IMG/VR virus record: IMGVR_UViG_3300009165_000005
Reading direction: 5' to 3' (one strand)
From: a virus
Taxonomy: Duplodnaviria > Heunggongvirae > Uroviricota > Caudoviricetes
Length of the DNA: 64,000 bases
This document shows positions 63,404 through 64,000 of the stretch, one piece after another. Made by a program: the position numbers and the translations under genes. Below the pieces are notes generated by a model, which saw only the letters and a program-made list of their open reading frames with translations, was not told the DNA's origin and made no database searches. Every line of letters starts with the position of its first letter. Position 1 is the stretch's first letter.

Positions 63404-64000
63404 GAGCTTACAAGGGAGAGGAACTCTTCCTCCGAGATGCATTTCGTCCCATACTTACGAGCGGCTGCTGCTTTGGTTGTGGTTGTGTCTGCAGCAACGA
63501 GGTAAGTCAGCTTCTTGGTAACAGAACCCTTAACCTCCCCACCGTTGTCCCGGACCATCTGCTCTAAGTCCCCTCGCTTGTGACTCATCTCCCCGGTAAA
63601 GCAGAAGTACATCCCCGAGAACTTGCCTCGAATCGGGTCTTGAACTACAACCCCAACTTGACCTAGCTCGTCAACTATGTGGCTATTGTCCTTGAGCCAT
63701 TGGATAAGTACTGCGGCCTTCACAGGCCCAATACCCTTCACCTTACTGAGGATCCCAACGTTAAGCCCTCGAAGCTTGTGAATGTCATCATACCCAGCAT
63801 CCATGATCAATCGAATGGTTGATTGGGCCACCCCAGGGATGCAAAGAGACCCGAGCATCAGATCGAGAGTTAGGGTCTTCTTCTCGTGGAGCAAGCCAAG
63901 AACCTTGGTCGCTGAGGTTGAGCCCATGCGATCTAGACCCGCCACTTGCTCCACGGTGAGCCGATACAAGTCAGGGACCGACTTGACCAAACCACTAGCA
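63400..64000 (-). CDS. ligA: NAD-dependent DNA ligase, C-terminal part (HhH + BRCT), truncated by the window edge
   Basis: DLYRLT..LDRMG..SA.K.L, L.IPGV, VKGIGPVKA, BRCT FCFTGEM..R..V..NGG..GSVTKKLTYLV..K...A.KYG..ISEEEF. Confidence 0.9.
   Translation of the reverse strand, partial: ASGLVKSVPDLYRLTVEQVAGLDRMGSTSATKVLGLLHEKKTLTLDLMLGSLCIPGVAQSTIRLIMDAGYDDIHKLRGLNVGILSKVKGIGPVKAAVLIQWLKDNSHIVDELGQVGVVVQDPIRGKFSGMYFCFTGEMSHKRGDLEQMVRDNGGEVKGSVTKKLTYLVAADTTTTKAAAARKYGTKCISEEEFLSLVSS

Noticed and set aside
1-64000. Stop-codon reassignment (as seen in some large phages)
   Set aside because: Conserved proteins (RecA, TerL, RecD2, DnaX) are full length in the standard code; TAA, TAG and TGA all end genes at tight junctions, including a TAG-TAA double stop at 14160-14165.

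Overview
A 64-kb internal segment of a large (jumbo-type) tailed dsDNA bacteriophage genome. About 60 tightly packed genes all lie on the minus strand, with frequent ATGA/TAATG overlaps, Shine-Dalgarno sites and the standard genetic code. In transcription order (right to left) there are four blocks. (1) Replication/recombination: NAD-dependent ligase (truncated by the window edge), RecD2, probable SSB, RuvC-like resolvase, RecA, an SbcC/Rad50 split into two distant genes, SbcD, a PD-(D/E)XK nuclease, a beta-clamp-like protein, a DnaG core and DnaX. (2) A transcription-control pair: a NusG(NGN-KOW)-5'-3' exonuclease fusion and a tandem sigma-4-like HTH protein. (3) Head/packaging: TerS candidate, TerL, topoisomerase IB, three decoration-like paralogues, an intein-containing portal, prohead protease, Gln-rich scaffold, decoration protein, HK97-type major capsid protein and HU. 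(4) Fibre/appendage genes carrying long His-rich repeats. I found no tRNA, rRNA, CRISPR array, tail sheath/tube or tape measure gene. The most unusual signals are the NusG-exonuclease fusion, whose linker resembles the 41-aa arm repeat of the split Rad50 N-half; the [KR]-x-A-[ASG] motif recurring across head proteins and flanking TopIB; and SD-occluding hairpins abutting many late start codons. All calls come from by-eye motif recognition; no database search or folding software was run.
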